This document shows positions 59,378-64,000 of a stretch of DNA of 64,000 bases, piece after piece (within the stretch, counting starts at the first letter, position 1; each line of letters opens with the position of its first letter). The translations under genes were made by a program, and so were the position numbers. The notes beneath the pieces were generated by a model. It was not told the origin of the DNA. It was given only the letters and a program-made list of their open reading frames with translations, and did no database searches. The stretch is from positions 78,570 to 142,569 of the forward strand of contig NMRA01000021.1 in the NCBI GenBank assembly GCA_002633005.1. The letters run 5' to 3'. This DNA comes from Phoronis australis. Its lineage: Eukaryota; Animalia; Phoronida.

Positions 59378-61543
59378 CCGTAATCGTTCGGGTTAACGCC
59401 CATGCTCAGTTAACCGCCCACCCCTACTTTAGGTGGATTTTCGATTTAACCGCCCACTGCTCGATTAACCGCCCCCTGCTGTTTTTGAAGATTTCCAATT
59501 AAGCGCCCACCTCTCGGTTAAGCGCCCATCCCCTACTTTTGACGATTGGTGATTACCGCCCTGTGCTAATAGGAAACGCGAATCCCCGACCTTTTAGATT
59601 AAGATCGATGATAACATTGAGTGCAACGATGTGAATTATGATACCAGTAACAAATTATTGTAACGGGTCATCGATTAACTTCAAAATGTAACACTTGAAC
59701 ACTTTGTCACTTTCTTTTCTTCTCATGTTCGCAAACTTTAGGAACCGCGCTGGCGTCTACACCTCCACTTTCAGCCACAATATCTGCCGCACTGAGTTAT
59801 CGACTACAGTGCACTATATAAAAGATGCATTCGAAATAACCAGGTCAGAGAAATATGACATTGGTTTTGCCAACCCTCTCAATGCGCTTTAGGTTGTAAG
59901 CTCTCGGGATTTTGAAGAATTCCCATAAACCGCGAAAAGTTGATAAATTCTTTATATTTTGGTGAGTGTAATTGCCGGGCTATCGAGATCCCCGTCTTTC
60001 GAGTACTCTCGTCACGGTAATTTCGTCGGATATAGTAAACCGGGGTTACTACCGTACTTAAACGAACAATTAAGGCTTCGTCTAAGAATTATTTTTACCG
60101 ACCCAGTCATTGGTATTTGTAAATAATATCTTTTAAGTAATATCGTTTTGAGTAATGCCTTTACTTTAACTTTTGATTGAAAACTGGCTTATGTCCGCTT
60201 ACCTCCGATATCCCAGGTCACGGAGTCTCAAAAACATGATAATCACAAAACCCAAAAAACACATCTGCATTAAGATTTTCAAACTTATATTACAACTCCT
60301 GTTAAAATTTGCTCTCTGGCTCAGAACTTACAGCTGGCACGGGACTGTAACCATAGGCCTAAATTTAATGTATGCTGTAACCTCTACAAAACGTGAAGTT
60401 TGCACGCGCGCACTTCTGCATTGTAACCACATGAGAAAAGTTGAACCGAAACAATGTGACAAGTACCGTAGATAAATTGTATCGTATTCTACCGACTGAG
60501 GAGTGAAGGTGTAGGGCGAACCTTTCGTAATAAGACGTGGTTATTTCCCGACTTTCAGAACAAGAATGAAGTATGTATAATTCAAGATGTTCTATTTCAA
60601 TCAACTAAAATGCGATTACTCAGACTGGGCCAACAATAAATACACAACGAATGTCAACAACAGATAGAAGACCAGTAAAAACGCGAGTGTAGCCGAAACT
60701 CGTGTTTGTGTTTTGCAATGTAACTTGGTGGCAATTTTTCGAATGTAGAGTTTGTTAACAAAAAGTTTGTTATTGTATTTAGCCATTGAAAGGCCAGAGT
60801 ACCGTACATGTCAACTCCACATACCGGCAACATAAACAGGCGAGTCGACAGTGCATGGCAACTGAATAGTTGAACCCGATTTCGTGATTGATTATACATT
60901 TTTATGCTTTTTGACCATTCAGACCAGGAGTACATTCTGTTATCTCGAAATGATTTTGAACTGAAATTCGGAACTGCTGGTAGTCCTTGTCTACGTGACC
61001 GTCAGTTAAGTTGTTTATTATGGGAGTGCACTGATCAAACAGGAAAAATGGGTCAGCACGTGACCACAACTGGGTTAAAACGACAGCACAGCTACCGTCT
61101 GCTACGCAGGTGAACATGTTCAACGTCTGCGAAGTATAGTGAAATAATGAGCATAATTCGCAATAATCGGTCTCACCTGAGGCGCCATATTATGTAGCAA
61201 ACTTTCTATGCAAGCGTTCGGAGTTTGACCACACTCTACATTTTCGAAACTATTTGTTAATTAGAGTGCGCAGAGTACGCACTTGGTGGCGATAAAGTTC
61301 TTTTCAAAGTGTTAGGCGATCCCAGTATGTGGCTTAGTACGTGTGGTGACTCAGATCATAAGGTAAGATTAACCGCCCAGGGCGGTTGCCTGTCGTAATA
61401 AGCGCCCATGTTCAGTTAACCGCCCCCCCCCCCCGATTTCTTGAAATTTCACGTTTAAGCGCCCATGTCTGGTTAACCGCCCACCCCCGAGTTTTTGGGT
61501 TCGCCAATTTAACCGCCCAGGACGTTAACCCGAACGATTACGG
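59378..61543. mobile_element. Non-autonomous Tc1/mariner (pogo-type) element, 2.17 kb
   Basis: Perfect 21-bp TIR CCGTAATCGTTCGGGTTAACG, TA on both flanks, arrays of TTAA(C/G)CGCCC at both ends. Confidence 0.85.
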
Positions 61544-62399
61544 TAGAAACAAGCAAGTGAGCTATTCACTACCTAGGAGATAAAACAACTTGTCCGAGTG
61601 TGTATTTTTTTCTGGACTACGAGCAGCTCTGCCATGATAATTTTTTGAGGTTGGAAACAAATTATAGAAGTTAGTGAGGCTAAAACAGGGTTTTGTATGC
61701 TATTGAAGAAGTTACATCTTGCAAAAACTTTGAATTATGTAAATTCAACTTGTGCCACCTAGTGACTTCCTGGTGTGTATAAAAATATAATCTAGAAAAC
61801 AAAGACTGGGCACGAAAAAATCACTTTAATGCAAGCGTAAAACTGGAATAGCACATTCCTTGAGATGTCACAATAGTAAGTAAAATTAAATGTAAAATTA
61901 AATGTGTAAAATTTGACACTTTAACATTTATGTAAGACTTCCACCAGGCACAGTCTCTGGCAGTTTTAAAACAAAAGTTAATTTACATGTTCAAAGTTTG
62001 CAATAAAATGTAACATCTTCAATGATTCTTCCTCTGAAGAACCTTCTGATAGTTAAAAATTCTCTCATTTATTTCCTTCTTACTAGTTAAAGGAAATCTC
62101 TCAGTGACAGAAGTGATCAGCTGTGTTAGTTTAACTGGATCCAAGGATGGTCGAGAACCCTGGGGACCACAATACTGTTATTGCCAGACAGAGAAGAGTC
62201 AATAATCTCCTCTGTGCTGAACAGGGATTTGAGTAATTGGTCAACTCCTCCCTTTGCTGAGGAGACATGGTAGAGATCATGGATCTCTACAGTCAAAGGA
62301 GCAGTTTCAACTGGTGGCGACTTTAGATAAGTCTTTTCTCCCCTCCAACTTGTCTACTCTTCTCTTGAGTCTCTTAATTTCTTTACGAAGATTTGTGAC

Positions 62400-63305
62400 T
62401 ATTTCATGAAGTTCAAAATGAAAATTCATTTTCAAAAAAGAATTATCTCAATAGAGTTTTGCAAAAGCACTTTAAATATAAATACTTCATGTTGAATTCA
62501 TCCAACCCGAATCCCTATTTCAACAGAGTACTTGTGTCAACTAAAAACTGCCTTACTCCTTAGGTACGTGCTAGAGTGGTTCATATTGACTATCTGCTCT
62601 GGTAGCACATATTTGAAATTTCCCAAGAAATTTCAGAACTTTGCACATGAAAACTTGTGTATTTTATTTTTGGTTGTCATTTCCTTACTAGAAGACTGGA
62701 CCACAAAAGTCAATGAATCCATTACTCTTAGAAATTTTAGTATCACCATAGTGGTGCAAATTACACACTCTAATGTATGCCACAGTCACCTTCACCTAAC
62801 ATTTGAATATACCTGAGACAATAATTGTAGATTCTCATTTCATGGCTTTTGATGAGCCATTAAAATTGCTTTCTCTTGAATCACTGTGTAAATGCACCCT
62901 TTCATCATACTCATTTTTCCTTATGCAGGGCGCTCTTTAGGTGGATGATTTGTGCCACAGAAACGACAGTCACGAATTCTGCTTCATCGGAATTCATGTA
63001 CTGGTGAATCCAGTGATGGGTCAAAACACTTTGTGTTTCTAGGAGAATACAGTGTCATTGTTTGGTACCTGTGATTTCTCTTATAGCAAAATAGCTCATC
63101 AACAGATGCACTATCTAACGCAACTGAGTTGTGGGCCTCCCGCATCAATTGCGTTAAGTTGGTTGTCTGCTGACCCGTAAGAAGTACCGCATGCTCTTCC
63201 TGTTTCCCCCCTGTTGCATTTTCCGAACTTTCTGGACACTGAGCAATCAAATGCCTAATATGACTCATGAGACAAGCAGGTCAAACGTTCCCATTAGATC
63301 CAAAA
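62400..63305 (-). mobile_element. LTR-retrotransposon gag/protease remnant
   Basis: Decayed knuckle TCLS..SY.RHLIAQCPES followed by a protease-like AHNSVALDSA; heavily deleted; boundaries approximate. Confidence 0.45.
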
Positions 63306-63310
63306 AACAA

Positions 63311-64000
63311 GACATTCATCCAATAACCAGTAATTAATAAGTCGCTCATCATTAACACTAACTTGTCTTCTGCCTCCAAACCTAAGTTTTCAGCCTTAGC
63401 TCCTCTGTGTAAATTTGTAGTATTCACCGAGTCGCTGCTTTATTTCCATAATAGAATTCTAAAAGCATTTGCAACTGTACTGGTCATTAACTGTACAGCA
63501 AGATTTACTTTCATATGTGAAAATGGGGTTAGATAAATGTGACACTTGTTTATTTTTGGACTCCACTAAAACAAGTTATTCTCACAGTGCTGTTCATACA
63601 GTCATGTTATGTGCTTCCTAAACATATATTGTCCATTCCACAAAAATCTTGTGTACTTATGTGCTTCTCAGTTACTAAAACAATTGCGAGTCATTTTCAA
63701 CTGATGAGGGGGATTGGAAATAAAATACAATTAAAGCTCAGCAATAGAAATGAGATTTGCACATCGCTACACTACACATTCTAAATTTTCATCATTACCA
63801 ATCCTATGTAAATTAAAAAACTTTCTAGTGGGTGATGTGCCCCATCACAAGTTATAAACATCACACGCAAATCAAGATCAATCTCAAGAATTTCAATACA
63901 TTTCAAAATGGCTGGATACAGAAACTAACTAGTAATGCCATCAGTTGCATAATTGGCTAAAGAGATCTTGCACCCATCACCATTATTACCAATACATACT
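63311..64000 (-). mobile_element. Diverged second copy of the P-like transposase core
   Basis: Colinear nucleotide similarity to 46003-46710 (e.g. AACTAGTAATGCCATCAGTTGCATAATT, CCCATCACAAGT) with many substitutions and deletions; continues beyond the window. Confidence 0.85.

Overview
Animal genomic DNA, most likely a marine invertebrate (inferred from GT-AG introns and the TE families; not proven). Bases 1-34 kb are genic: (i) a minus-strand, multi-exon gene for a signal-peptide-bearing, Cys-rich, probably membrane-anchored protein (ATG 9301, runs off the left edge); (ii) an intronless 362-aa charged/coiled-coil ORF; (iii) a 13-exon plus-strand hexosaminidase D (GH20) gene, about 18.2-33.7 kb. 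The introns and intergenic DNA carry MITEs, a (GT)n tract and a 122-bp near-perfect palindrome. From about 34.8 kb to the end there is an almost gap-free pile of decayed, nested transposon fragments: P2X7-tail-like, Sola-like x2, P-element x3, tRNA-SINE, piggyBac x2, LINE, Kolobok, THAP/YqaJ, pogo-type MITE and an LTR remnant. Nearly all of them face the minus strand, which resembles a uni-strand (flamenco-like) piRNA cluster. Within the pile are a P-like element whose usual C-terminal domain appears on a separate convergent gene, and a 1.8-kb triplicated unit built from three unrelated transposons. Two duplications abut Ns and are probably assembly artefacts. All family calls are motif recognition by eye; no database search was run.
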